This document shows, piece by piece, positions 11,015-24,315 of a stretch of 64,000 nucleotides of DNA. Within the stretch, counting starts at the first letter, position 1. Every line of letters begins with the position of its first letter. The notes beneath the pieces are model-generated. The model did not search any database and was not told the origin of the DNA. It saw only the letters and a list, made by a program, of their open reading frames with translations. Origin of the DNA: Camelus dromedarius (lineage: Eukaryota); NCBI RefSeq assembly GCF_036321535.1, contig NC_087437.1, positions 92,754,001 to 92,818,000 of the forward strand. Reading direction: 5' to 3'. Both the position numbers and the translations under genes were made by a program.

Positions 11015-14000
11015 CCTGAAAATAACATTCAAGAATAACACTGGAGTTTTTGCTTCATGTAACACAAAGCATAATATGCTGCTCAAAAGAGCTTTTTTTT
11101 TTTTCATAGCTAGTAATTTGAACCCACCCACAGGTAGTTAATGATAATGGTGACTTAAATAGTTATATATCTCTAATTATTCCCAGCTTTGCTCTCAAAA
11201 TGCCCACAGAAGGATACTTTTTCCTTTTTTATATATCTGTATGCTAACCTCACCACTAGCTTCAACACATTCCTAAACCTACCTGTCTCTCCGAGGCCTT
11301 ACCACAGTGTAATCAAAAAGAAAAATGTTGGTTGGGCAATAGCTATTTGGCTCTGATGCTGCCTTCCTTTAAATTTAGTAAGGAGGTCTTGAGCCATTTC
11401 AGTCTGCTTCATTATCAGAATTGGTATCCATTTACCTATGATTTGTTCTTGACAGCGATCAAATTCAGAGGTACTGCCCTGGATGTATGGTGAGTGATGA
11501 CGATTGTCAAGTCTGCTCCCATGGCCGGCAGTGGCTCCTTTTATGCTACTCGACTGTGGATTGTAAAACCAACTCAAATTATCCAGAAGCCCTAAGGTTA
11601 TAACGATGTTCATTTATGCAGAGAGCCTGTATTCAACAATTCAAAGCGCTGCGTAGGAAGTCATTGTGACGAAAGAGCTCCTTACCAAATTATGAAGAGT
11701 TTATCTATGTATAGTTAAATGCAGGCAAACAACATGTAAGTAATTAATCCATGTGAAGAAATATAGGAATCTATTAATTACACCTTGATTTTTAACCCAT
11801 TGCAGACTATTGTTTTCCCTAAGTCAGGTATATTTCTAAAAATGATTAACATACGTGTGCTTATCCACACAGTTTGCCACACACAACTAAGAGCAATTCA
11901 CAGATAAACATGTTCTTGTAGCACAATTAACCTACAACTCATGCACAAGTTCATAGATTCTTACAAATCTTCAGATAGTTTATTCAGCCTGTCATCTGAA
12001 TGAACACTATGAGTCATTTCTGGAAAAAGGCAGCACTTCCTCCTTTCTTTTTCTATTTCGCCTGAGGTTGTGCTGCAGTGCCTGTGTGCCCCCGTCGCTA
12101 GAAGGAAAAGAGATATTCGCTCTTTATAAATAAGAACACAGGCTCTTTCTCTTTATATTAGATTTATTTTTCAAATAAATAGATTATTTTGACTAGGCTA
12201 AGTTTAGTAAGAACCAGAATAGCACGGAGTTCATTGATCTTTAGTTACTTTAAAGAAGCAAGGAACGGAAATTCAGAAATGCAGGAGGCAATTCTCTGTT
12301 CCATGCATAGAGATGGCAAGAATTGGAGGTGAAGAGGACGCAGCTGCATTTCTTAACTTTTGAATGAAAAGCAATTATGCCAAGAGCCTTCATTTTAGAT
12401 TGTCAGCATGGGCTTGTGTCATACCCATCCTGACACTCCCAAACTGAGGATTTTAAAGGCTTCCTGCCTTTGTCATGGAGACACCTGTCACCAACTACAC
12501 TGAATCAGCATCTCTAGATGCTGGGAAATACATATTCAACATGAATCTATGTAAGAAGCAACAGTAGGGAGGCTGGAATTCTTCGGAATCCTTAAAGAAA
12601 AAAAAAATGAAAGCAAGATTTAAGCCTAAAAACAGCTGAAGTTGTGAGGAAATTTTCCACTTCGTAAAATATACTTCTGATTCCACTTTTACTTGTTTGC
12701 AATTGAAATAACTTAAAGCCAGTATCAAGTTAACCAAGCAAATTCCTACCAAAAAACTTGGAAATATATTAACTACAAATAATACTGGAAGAAAGTTTCC
12801 TACATGGGATCTGTAAAATGAAGAGCCATTTGGGCATATTAATACAATAAGAAATATTTCTAACAACTTTATTTTTATTGTAGGATAGAATTAATAAGGA
12901 TGAAATAACCTATCAGTCACATAGCCTGTTCTTTAAGAGGCATGGCAAAATTAAAAGAAACTGTGATTCTTTAGAGTACTGGAACAACTTTTACTCTCTA
13001 CATGTTAAATCTCATCTTCAAATGCATTTCTTATTCATTCTTCCCCTCTTCATCCTTGCCCTCCTGCTTAGGATCACATCTATGAGTCAATTGCAAAAGC
13101 AGTACTCATTTCCCGCTTACTCAAGTATATCAAGATATTCAATTTATGATTTCTGAATTCAAAAAAGAGACATCCCCCAGAACTCCAAGTGACACTCAGA
13201 AGAACTCAAAATTTTATAGTTCACCAGCTTAGATATCTTTCTGAAGAAAGGCTAATGATTTTTTTACACCTTATTAGCTATTTGATGGCACATTTCCACA
13301 GATGTATTCAATGTTAAAAATTTTGTAATTTTATATAGCCAATGGAGTAACAAAATCAAAATGTATCATTTAATACTAATCCTTTTAAGAAACACTAAAT
13401 CAAACCTCCTACAGCATATGGTTTCATGCACTATTAAAATTAGAAATATGGCAGTACATAGAGTTTCTCCAATTGTAATCTGTTTTGTCTCCACCAGCAA
13501 AATATTAATATAATAAATTTCTAGATTATAGAATATTTAAGGCCCCCCAAAGGGTACATTTTTCCAAATAAATTTTAATAACTCTTGATATCAAGTAATA
13601 ATAAAATTACAGTATTAGATCAGGACTTTGATAAAGTCCAACAGAATGCAGAGGACATGGAACCCACTTATTTACAAAGCAAAATCAGGAGGAGAAAAAT
13701 TAGGTATAAAAGAATTTTTGACAGCAAGTATTTGCCAATCTGTCTTAAGGTTAAAACTAATAATATTTTATCATGTTGAATTCAATTCTCATCCATTTTC
13801 TTCTGAATGTAACAATGGTCTATTTATTAACTGACTAAAATAGCTACTGGCTCTCATTTGATCTGTTTTTTCAACAAATCTAATCGAAGATATTAATTTG
13901 ATTAATGCCCAGTCACCAACCTGTGAGATCATAGACCTAATACTCTCTGATATTAAGCACTCAGCTTTGCATTTCTTTCTGATGAAGTCTTTGAAGCCAG

Positions 14001-14304
14001 AACTTTCCAGCAAGTAAGAGAATTAGCCAAATGGAATGTTATTTTTCCCTTGTCTGTCTTATCCTAGTAGATGGAGTTAGCACACAGTAAAACATCTGTG
14101 CATCCTTCTCAGGGCCACACCAAGGACATTCCAAGTGCTATCTTGAGTTGCATTTAATGACCAGCCAAGTACTTATCAAACAATGTACTGACTAAGAATT
14201 AACTATTAATACTTCCCCTCTCCCTGAGAAGGCAGTTAATGAATTAGAAGTCAAAAAATGACCATGCTAGGTGTTAAATAAAGAAAACAACATAAGACTT
14301 TCCA

Positions 14305-14440
14305 TAGAATCTTATGAGGTAGGCATTATAAACTCATTATCTAGGTAATGAAATTGAAGATAAGACAATCTTCAGTAAATACCTAGCACTAACATGATTA
14401 AAATCCAAGACAATGGAAAACCCAGTTTTTCCACCACACA
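14305..14440 (-). mobile_element. MIR fragment
   Basis: aatcttatgaggtaggcattataaactcattatctaggtaatgaaattgaag matches the antisense MIR core. Confidence 0.5.
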
Positions 14441-14570
14441 AACCATCATAGTGGCTCAATATTTAATATTATTGTTTTGAAAACAAAACAATATTCTACT
14501 CTGATACCTTGAAAATAGTATCATAATATAAAATTATCCCTTACAATAATTTAAAATACTATCTTTAGGC

Positions 14571-15019
14571 TGTAGTAAACAAAATCCTAATCCTCGAAAC
14601 CTGTGAATTATTATGCTACATGCCAAAAGGAGCTTTGCCTTTGCAGATGTGATTAAATTGAGGACCTGGAGATGAGAAGATTATCCTGTGTTATTCAGGT
14701 AGGCCCAATATAATCACAAGGGTTCCTACAAGAAGGAAACAGGAATATCAAAGCCAGAGAAAGATCTACACTTCTGACTTTGAAGACAGAGGAATAGGAT
14801 CATGAGCCAAAGATGTAGCCTGCCTCTAGAAACTGGAAAAAGCCAGGAGACAGCCTCTTCCCTACAGCTTCCAGAAGAAACACAGCTCTGCTGATACTAA
14901 TTTTAGCCCAGTAAGACCTATTTTGGACTTCTGACCTCCAGAACTGTCTGATAATAAATTTGTGTTGTTTTTAGTCACTATATTTTTGGTAATTTTTTCC
15001 AGCAGCAAGAGGAAATACA
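14571..15019 (+). mobile_element. MLT1D-like MaLR solo LTR
   Basis: Starts TG. Blocks tttgcagatgtgattaa..gagatgagaagattatcctg..ggcccaatataatcacaagggt and ttggacttctgacctccagaactg..ataataaatttgtgttgttt. Ends ggaaataca. Confidence 0.9.
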
Positions 15020-17499
15020 CGTGGTATATGGCTACTTACAGGGCCATTTTCCTGCGGTCTTGGCAGTGATGAAGCCACCATAAGCTTATAAGCATCATAA
15101 TTGGCATCAGCCCTCACACTGAGGATAGGGGTAGAAACTGAGTAATCTAGTTTGGCTCTCTGGGCAGCATTTATTTGACTCTCCTCTCTACTTTATGCCG
15201 TGGAGGCCATTTTGTGCTTTATTATTACAAAATGGAATTAACAGTGTGTCAATTATTTAACAAAAGCTGCAGCTCTCTGTATCCACTTAGATGCAATTAA
15301 TGAGCCAAAAGAGACCAGTCGTATCAGTTTTAACTGCTTGGCCTTCAGATTGAAGCAAGTTTCTGCCTTCTTGCTTTGGAAAGGTCATAATAATTCTATT
15401 TTAAAATTCTAAAGATCACAAAACATTTAAAATGCTTCCTTGAAAAATTTGAAAGCTCCCAAAACCCAGTCAGGTCAATAAAGAATCATCATTTAACATT
15501 TGTTAAGCACCCACATCTGGAAAATATCATACCAGACAAAGAAAAAGAGACAAACACAGTAAAAAATTATGATCACTTCTTTTAAAGGAAATAACCTTCA
15601 CCTGTAGGTCCTGGGAGGAGATAATTCTGATTGATCAGAAGAAACAGCCTGGCAACTTGATTACAACCAATAAGCCATGATGAAAAAGCCACACCGATCT
15701 TTATTCCTGGTTAAAATGTCAAGGTCTATGATTAGACTGTAAGAGTCAAAGATCTGAACTGTTCTCTGATCATTTCGAGAGAAAGGTCAGTGTATTATGA
15801 TACGTACTTCAGTAATAGTTTAGCAAACTTTTTGAAAATAGTTTTCTCATCCTCTGTACTTGTGGCTAATTTCTAAATTACTTTGAACAAAGCACTGCTA
15901 TGTGTTATAGGAGATGTAACAATTAATAACGCCCTTCTTTCAAAGATATCACCACCTAGTGGAGGAGAGAAAAATGCAAGTGTGTGTGCATAGATTTCTA
16001 TTCCCTCATAGTGCGTAGAAGGATACTGCCTTATGGAAGAAGAATCTTAATACATGACTAATTGTGTAATTACAATACAAAGCAGAATGTGGTAAAGAGT
16101 AAATTAGAGGTACAACAAAATGTGATATACTAAAAATTTCCCAATATTTGAAGAACTGCTAGCTTGTCTGTTTGCCATTTGCTAAATTAGAAAGTCAAGC
16201 TTGGCGTTACAGAACATGCCTAAGGTCAAAAACCTTTTGTTGAAGTTGAAACAAAAACAAGGAAATTTTTTAAATTTAATGAATTTTTGCCTTGACTTTA
16301 AAGGAACCCCTACAAAGATGTAGTGACAGAAATTTGCAAGCCCATTCCTTCATGTAAGAGGAGAATCTGAATCCCAGGAATTAATTCAAGACTCATGCCA
16401 TTCCCCATCCAACAGAGAAAGCAACCATTAAAAGCTACTGTGGTTCTTTGTGCTGATGCCAGACCCCAAGTGCCCCACTGTACAATACTGCAGACCCATG
16501 GGCAGCACACAGCTTTGCTAACAGAAGAAATATTCTTACCTCAATAGACATTTAGATTATGCTGTATTTAAGGAGGAAAGAAAAGCTTATGTTTCTAAGA
16601 TGAGTCTTATTCACAGTTCATCTAACAGTGGGAACACAAGTGTGAAGAGGGAAAAAATTGAAAAATTCACCTGAACCCTCTTTCATAGGACTGAGGCCTG
16701 GAAGACTGGAAAGTTGCAAACATGCTCACCTAACCAAAGCTGTAAGACTATAGGACTCAGAAAGGATACAAGCTGTGAGAGTTCAACCTGTTGGAGAAGG
16801 TAACATTTTCAAAAGGAAGAGGGGGTCAACAGAGAAATTTGAAAGGGTAGATAAACAACATAAATAACAAACCTGAGGTCAGGAAAGGACAGAATAACCA
16901 GAGCAGTGCCCTCTCTGAATATAAAGTTCAAACGGACTGGAGGATGAGGAGTGTTGAGGTAAAGAAAGCAGTAGTAATGTTTGCCTTTAATGGATCTTGA
17001 GACATCTCACACCTAAGCCAAGCCAGTTAAGTGAGGAAGTTGATTATCATGTGATTTCAGTAATCCCATTCTTTATATCATATTGTTAAAGTTAAAATAT
17101 CCTTTCACCTTCAGCTTAAAATTTCATCTTTTCTTGGTAAGTGCACTCTTTTGATGATGTTTTGCTTTCATCTTGTGGTCGGTTTTCTGGATAGCCTATT
17201 CAATGGTTAAACAAATCCTAAAGTAACACATCTCAATAACTAAGGGGAAAACAGTTACTATGTTGTATAATGATGCGTGTACTAACACATGAACTGAGAC
17301 TTTCCTGATGCTTATTTTTCACACAATACTGAGCTGATGGTGAAAACATTCCAACTCAAAAGGGGTTATAAACTTACCAAGTTTCTCCATTTCTTTATTG
17401 CTTTCTTTACTTTTAAGGGCAAAAATGTTCTTCTCTCAGGTTTTTAAGAACACTAAAAGAAGAAGAGCTATGTACTCTTTCTTCTAAATTGCTATGCTT

Positions 17500-17948
17500 T
17501 TTAGGAGGCATTCAAATAGAACCAATAGAAAACACAGCTGAAATTGGTTTAAACCATTGATTTTCCTGCTCAGAAGGTCTAGAAGTGGATGGTGGGGGAG
17601 GCCCAGAAGTGACTAAATTCTACAGCAGGATGATCTTTCTGTATAACGGATTTTCCTCCCTGAATTTCTGCTTCACTCTACGGCTGACTTACCCAACAAA
17701 AGATGAACACTATCAACTCCTAGGACTACCTACTTCCTAATCTAAGCCCATAGAAACAGAGTAACTCTTGGAAATTCTCTCAGAAGGCATAGTCAGTTTG
17801 TGTCCCAGAAGTCTCTCAAAAATCTCTTCTAAAGTCTTACTAGCTCAAATTGAAATCACATACCCACTCTTGATCTATGCCTAAGAAATGGGTTTGTGCT
17901 AATAGGCTTAGGTTTTAGTCACATGACCTAATCCCAGATCCAGAGATA
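17500..17948 (-). mobile_element. Old MLT1-like LTR, left part (interrupted by the young L1; continues at ~19887-19980)
   Basis: gtgctaataggcttaggttttagtcacatgacctaatccc, and after the L1 gaaacacttgg..ggggaattacccagagaaag..acaatgtccatta, resemble consecutive antisense MLT1K-type blocks. Confidence 0.45.
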
Positions 17949-17961
17949 AAGAGAATTCTTT

Positions 17962-19873
17962 TTTTTTAACATTTTTATTGATTTATAATCATTTTACAAT
18001 GTTGTGTCAAATTCCAGTGTTCAGCACAATTTTTCAGTCATTCATCGACATATACACACTCATTGTCACATTTTTTTCTCTGTGAGTTATCATAACATTT
18101 TGTGTATATTTCCCTGTGCTATACAGTGTAATCTTGTTTATCTATTCTACAATTTTGAAATCCCAGTCTATCCCTTCCCACCCTCCACCCCCCTGGTAAC
18201 CACAAGTCTGTATTCTCTGTCTGTGAGTCTATTTCTGTCCTTTATTTACGCTTTGTTTTTGTTTGTTTGTTTGTTTTTGTTTTTGTTTTTTAGATTCCAC
18301 ATATGAGCGATCTCATATGGTATTTTTCTTTCTCTTTCTGGCTTACTTCACTTAGAATGACATTCTCCAGGAGCATCCATGTTGCTGCAAATGGCATTAT
18401 GTTGTCAGTTTTTATGGCTGAGTAGTATTCCATTGTATAAATATACCACCTCTTCTTTATCCAGTCACCTGTTGATGGACATTTAGGCTGTTTCCATGTT
18501 TTGGCTATTGTAAATAGTGCTGCTATGAACATTGGGGTGCAGGTGTCATCCTGAAGTAGATTTCCTTCTGGATACAAGCCCAGGAGTGGGATTCCTGGGT
18601 CATAGGGTAAGTCTATTCCTAGTCTTTTGAGGAATCTCCACACTGTTTTCCATAGTGGCTGCACCAAACTGCATTCCCACCAGCAGTGTAGGAGGGTTCC
18701 CCTTTCTCCACAGCCTCTCCAGCATTTGTCATTTGTGGATTTTTGAATGACGGCCATTCTGACTGGTGTGAGGTGATACCTCATTGTAGTTTTGATTTTC
18801 ATTTCTCTGATAATTAGTGATATTGAACATTTTTTCATGTGCTTTTTGATCATTTGTATGTCTTCCTTGGAGAATTGCTTGTTTAGGTCTTCTGCCCATT
18901 TTTCGATTGGGTTGTTTATTTTTTTCTTATTGAGTCGTATGAGCTGTTTATATATTCTGGAGATCAAGCCTTTGTCGGTTTCACTTGCAAAAATTTTCTC
19001 CCATTCCGTAGGTTTTCTTCTTGTTTTACTTCTGGTTTCCTTTGCTGTGCAGAAGCTTGTAAGTTTCATTAGGTCCCATTTGTTTATTCTTGCTTTTATT
19101 TCTTCTAGGAGAAAATTTTTGAGATGTATGTCAGATAATGTTTTGCCTATGTTTTCCTCTAGGAGGTTTATTGTATCTTGTCTTATGTTTAAGTCTTTAA
19201 TCCATTTTGAGTTGATTTTTGTATATGGTGTAAGGGAGTGTTCTAGCTTCATTGTTTTACATGCTGCTGTCCAGTTTTCCCAACACCATTTGCTGAAGAG
19301 ACTGTCTTTATTCCATTGTATATTCTTGCCTCCTTTGTCGAAGATGAGTTGACCAAAAGTTTGCGGGTTCATTTCTGGGCTCTCTATTCTGTTCCATTGG
19401 TCTGTATGTCTGTTTTGGTACCAATACCATGCTGTCTTGATGACTGTAGCTCTATAGTATTGTCTGAAGTCTGGGAGAGTTATTCCTCCAGCCTCCTTCT
19501 TTCTCTTAAGTAATGCTTTGGCAATTCTAGGTCTTTGATGGTTCCATATAAATTTTATTATGATTTTTTCTAGTTCTGTGAAATATGTCCTGAGTAATTG
19601 AATAGGGATTGCATTAAATCTGTAGATTGCCTTGGGCAGTGTGACCATTTTAACAATATTGATTCTTCCAATCCAAGAGCATGGAATATCTTTCCATTTT
19701 TTAAAGTCTTCTTTAATTTCCTTCATCAATGGTTTATAGTTTTCTGTGTATAATTCTTTCACCTCCTTGGTTAGATTTATTCCCAGATATTTTATTACTT
19801 TGGGTGCTATTTTAAAGGGGATTGTTTCTTCACTTTCTTCTTCTGTTGATTTATCGTTAGTGTAAAGAAATGC
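17962..19873 (-). mobile_element. Young 5'-truncated LINE-1 with poly(A) tail and 13-bp TSD
   Basis: TSD aagagaattcttt at 17949-17961 and 19874-19886. Poly(T) and tttatt (AATAAA on the minus strand) at the left end, followed by the 3'UTR (~17970-18289) and an uninterrupted ORF2. Confidence 0.98.
18290..19873 (-). pseudogene. LINE-1 ORF2p C-terminal ~527 aa (end of RT/thumb, wrist, Cys-rich CTD); lacks endonuclease and RT catalytic core
   Basis: Motifs [60 protein letters not shown] and EYYSAIK, ending SLICGI*. No internal stop codon and no FADD motif. Confidence 0.97.
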
Positions 19874-20499
19874 AAGAGAATTCTTTCTGAAACACTTGGT
19901 TTTCTCGGAAGTTGAATGGGGAATTACCCAGAGAAAGAAGAGTGAATTTGGAGAAAGAACCACAATGTCCATTATGTATATTCACCTTTGGTTCATATCT
20001 TGTATATGTTGCGTTTTAAAAGCCTTGTCCCCTACTCAACTCCTCTTCATTTCAGTCAGAGTAAGAGTAGAAATGCATAATTATGCTGACAAAATTACTA
20101 AGTAAGCACATAGTATGTTTAGTATCCAAGAAACTTTTAATAGTATAAATAAGATAAAGTATGACTAACATAATGAAGCATAAATGAAAGGAAGTTATTA
20201 ATTTTTAAAGGATTTCAAGTCTCAAACCTGGATCTATGGAGTTTTGGAAATTTGCTTAGAGGGTTTGTTTGCTTTCCAGAGTAAAGAAGAAATACTTTTT
20301 GGAAATTTGTGGAAAATAAGATGCTAAAATAAAAGTCATCCTAAAGAGTCTTAAATTATCCTGATTGTGATATCAGGGAAAACGAATTATTAGAACCTTT
20401 TACTTATAAGTATAACTCTGCTTCTAGTAAGATAATTAGCAATAATCCATGTGAAGATAGCCTGGATTATCTGGACTATGTTGTTAGGACTCAAGATAG

Positions 20500-21385
20500 A
20501 GCTTATATGGACAGGTTTACTGCATACTTTGGAATAAAAGTTATTGGACTATACTGATGCATTAGACATAGGATATGGTAAAAGGAGAAGAATCAAGGTT
20601 AACTCTTAAGATTTTTGCTCGGATGCTTGTGAATTCATTTACTTGATCTGAGGAATAGAGAGTGAAGTAGAAATTGAAGAACTCTGCCTTGAATCAAATG
20701 TTTAAGATAATTAAGAGTGGAGATACTGAGAAGACCATTGGCTGTACAACTCTGGAGGGATCAGGGCTAGAAACATATACTTGAAAATCACCTATATAAA
20801 GATTATATCTTAGATTATAGGACTGGATCACCTAATAAGACAGTATATAAAGGAAAGTAGAGAGTTCAGGAATGAACCCTGAATCACTAGAGTTTGAAGA
20901 TTTGGGAAAGAAGAAGTTCTCAAAGAAGTTTGAAATGGGCTACAATGGAAGTAAAAAGAAAACCACCAGTGTTTGTCTCAGTTCACAAATGAAATAATGT
21001 ATTGAGACAGGAAGGCCAACATTATTGAATTCAGCTGAGGTAAAGATGAAGCATCGTAACCACTGGCTTTAGCCACTGGTAACTATGACAAGAGAAATGT
21101 GAGTATAGATGAGGGAAGAAAGCTTAGAAGGTTAAGAAGAAAACGAAAAGTTTGAAAACATATATAGACAATTATTTTGAGGAATTATAAAATGAAAAGG
21201 AGAGAGAAATTATATAGCCACAGTCATAGAAAGAGGAATCAAAACAGAGCTTTTGGTAAAGTGAAAGATAATCTGTTATAGCATATATGTAAGCTAAGGA
21301 GAATTATCCTGTAAAGAGGGAGAAATTGACACAGGAGATAGATGATATAATTGTAGAATGAAAGTTATTGAGAAGGCAATAGTCT
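20500..21385 (-). mobile_element. L2 fragment
   Basis: ggagaagaatcaaggttaactcttaagattttt, gagtggagatactgagaagaccattggctgtac and cactggtaactatgacaagag are antisense L2-body blocks. Confidence 0.65.
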
Positions 21386-21845
21386 TGGAATGTTAGTGCC
21401 TTTCTTCTGGAAAATCACACCACTTACCACATGGTTAGTTGGAAATAAGTTACACGAGTTACATTAATCCTATATAAAATCATGATTCCTGAAATATCTG
21501 ATTTTTGGAATTAAATTTCTACATTTAAGTTGAAGTTGAACAGCCTACGTTCTTCTTGCCTCATAACTGATAGGAATGATTAAAAGCTAAGAACAAAGAG
21601 GTATCAAATACTTAATAGTCTAAACTGAAGCAAAAGTAACTGGGAGTCAGACATCTTGATTGTAGCCAAACTCACTTTGCTACCAACATCATTAACCTCC
21701 ACTACCCTATGCCTTCCCCCAAAATAAACTGAATGCTAGAGGGAGAAAGGGAGGAGAATCTCTCTATCCTAGGAAGAGTGTACCATGGCTTACTCTACTC
21801 ACAAGGGACAGCCCTACCAATAGAGTACTCCCTACTCTCCATTAA

Positions 21846-21954
21846 TAGGGTAATACATCTCTAGGTTTGCCTAGGAAAGTCCTGGCTGGTGTCTCTAGCC
21901 CCTTGTAGTCTCAAAAGTCACCTGGTTTGGATAATGGAATATATGGTCACCCTA
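21846..21954. mobile_element. MER94-like hAT-Blackjack MITE
   Basis: Termini tagggtaa... and ...atatggtcacccta, with internal ggtttgcctaggaaagtcctgg and cctggtttggataat. Confidence 0.75.
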
Positions 21955-21999
21955 CCCAACAACCAAATGAGGAGTAACTTTTTCCAGAAGGGGAGATTG

Positions 22000-22623
22000 G
22001 CATCACATTGAAAGTTGGCTTATGCCATGAGCTCACTAATCTTCTGGTACCTACATAAGCAGGTAGAAAAGAAAACTGCCTAGAAAAGACAATGTGAAGA
22101 AACAAGAACAATGGAACAGCCTGCATTTCCATGATTGGAGGTGTGAGACTGCAGCAGATTTCTATAAGTCAAGTAGACATTAGAGGAGGTACCCTGATTA
22201 GAGTCACCTCCCTGGTCCCCAACCAGTGACGGCAGACCACAGAGAGCCACAGAGAAAAGGGCTGGAACTTTTGGAGGTGGAGGGAAGAAAGGAAAGGAGG
22301 TTGAAGGAATTAAAACCAGTGCATCTCCTGCCTCTGGGATTGTGAGATGGAAAGGAACATCTCATAACCCCCAAAGAATCACCCTTGTGTCTGAAGAGCA
22401 GCATTTGATGTCTGCCAGACAAAAGACAACAGCATCTTGCCATTGTAATGTACATAAGTATTCAGAGAAAGGAAATGTATCGGTGGTATTAAAACATTAT
22501 TGCCTGTTTCTGCAATGTCTCCTCCCGCCACTGTCAATGGGGTAATCAGATCTAGAGTGAAGGGCAAAGGGATGGAATCATGAAAATGCCATGACTCCTT
22601 AGCCATCCTTGGGAGGAAAGACA
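22000..22623. mobile_element. Possible ancient LTR (Gypsy/ERV-type) remnant
   Basis: More GC-rich block with attaaa at 22488 and an ..aca end. Family not identified. Confidence 0.3.
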
Positions 22624-24315
22624 ATGATGAAATTCAAATTTTAAACTGGACAAGATAAGATTGCACTCTTTAATAACAGACAGTGATAGGAAAACTTGGG
22701 ATCTTCTAAGATGTTTTTATGGGTTAGAAAAAGGATAATCAATGAAACATGGTTGAAGGTAATGATTGGAGAAAAAGAAACTATCTTGGGTTTGTATATA
22801 ACCAAGTTGAGATTGTCCAATAAAAGTATTTGATTAAAACTTTACCTGTCTTCCAACCCACCCCGACCCCCACCCCCACCCCTTAATCATTTTATTATTG
22901 CAAGCTGCATTGGGGTTTTGGGGATATGGTGTATGTGTAATTTGTTTCATAAGATTATTTTTTTAGTAGTGGTTTATTTTACTTATGAGATTAAAGAGTG
23001 TTTGGTGATTAATTTTGAATTCTAAATACCTAACTTCCCTTTCTAGAATATAATATTTTCAAGCACCAAAAGCAATAATGTTTAACCCAGAAGGTAGAAA
23101 CATAAAAGGCTGAACATTAGGAACCTGTATTTTCATGTTGCCCTGCGCTGTACTAAGTAAATGTAGAGGTTTCAATCATTATCTGTTTTAATTCTCAGAT
23201 ACAAAAGGGCAAGTCAAGTAGGTAACTAGTTTCTATAGATCTCTCAAAGAAAAACTGAAATGATCAACTTCAGGCAGCTAATCTACACTGGATCAAAACC
23301 CCTCAGGGAAATATTTATGTTTTACTAGTTTACTCAGAGAAACAGCTCTAGGGATCTGCAGATATCCTCTGTGATTTTGACTGAAGGAAACACTGATGCC
23401 AGAGCTGAAGCTTGTGATTTAATCACAGAAGCAATTCAGCCTTTAGCAATCCTATCTCCTAAGAAATCAATAGCTACACTTTCAGTTCTATTAAAGGATT
23501 TTTTAAACCTCTCCACCTGACCAAGATATTAATTTGTATATGTTCCATTGTCTGCCTTTCTGGTTAATACCTTGAAATGTTCAAAGACAAATTCAATGAT
23601 TCAGTTTGAAATACTTTCCCCAAAAGATTTCCTCTGTCATCATCATAATTATTTTAATTATTTTTTGATTCACATACCATTTTTCGATTCACATACCATT
23701 TTTCAAACACTGGAGTGCTTTAAAGAATTATCTACTACATCCAAAGATAACATTTCACATCAGTCTCCCAAACACAGTCTTCCAGTTAGTGGAAGGTGGT
23801 ACAAAATAGCCTTCAGGAACAGAGATTCTGAAAAATTCTCTGATCAGAAACAGAGATTACCATTAAGTTTTTTTAAAATGGAGTCAGAGAAATTGAAATA
23901 ACTCAAGGAAAATCATGGCCTATCATAATGACAAGGGCTCAGGAAGTCTGGGATCATCTACATTGACATTCTCAAAATTTTCACATGTTGTATCTCTTCA
24001 TAATATATAAATTATACAGATGATGCAGTTTTCTATTGATTAAGAAAAACATGGCTTCCTGCTCTGATTTGCTTGAATGACTGTTACTTACATTAAGGCA
24101 TTTAATTCTACTTTATAATAATAGTAAAATTGGTTTAACTTTTGGATAGATGAGGATTTTTATTAATTATGGGGTATACTGAACAATAGGGGTGTACTGA
24201 AACAGGCTTTAAATGGGGAGCCAAGAGTCATGGATTCTCTTCTGAGGACTTACTGTCTCACAATGTCTCCTTGCTCAATCTTAAATGCTCTACATCTCAT
24301 TCCTTCATTTAAAAG

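Noticed and set aside
10759..11141. Three overlapping ORFs with LPSF/GRKE repeats
   Set aside because: They are translations of the GGAA microsatellite.
16534..16590. 22-nt minus-strand micro-exon (ttaaatacag|...gag|gtaaga)
   Set aside because: It is not frame-preserving, and such motif pairs are common in 64 kb of AT-rich DNA.
18792..19352. 186-aa hydrophobic plus-strand ORF
   Set aside because: It is the antisense shadow of L1 ORF2.
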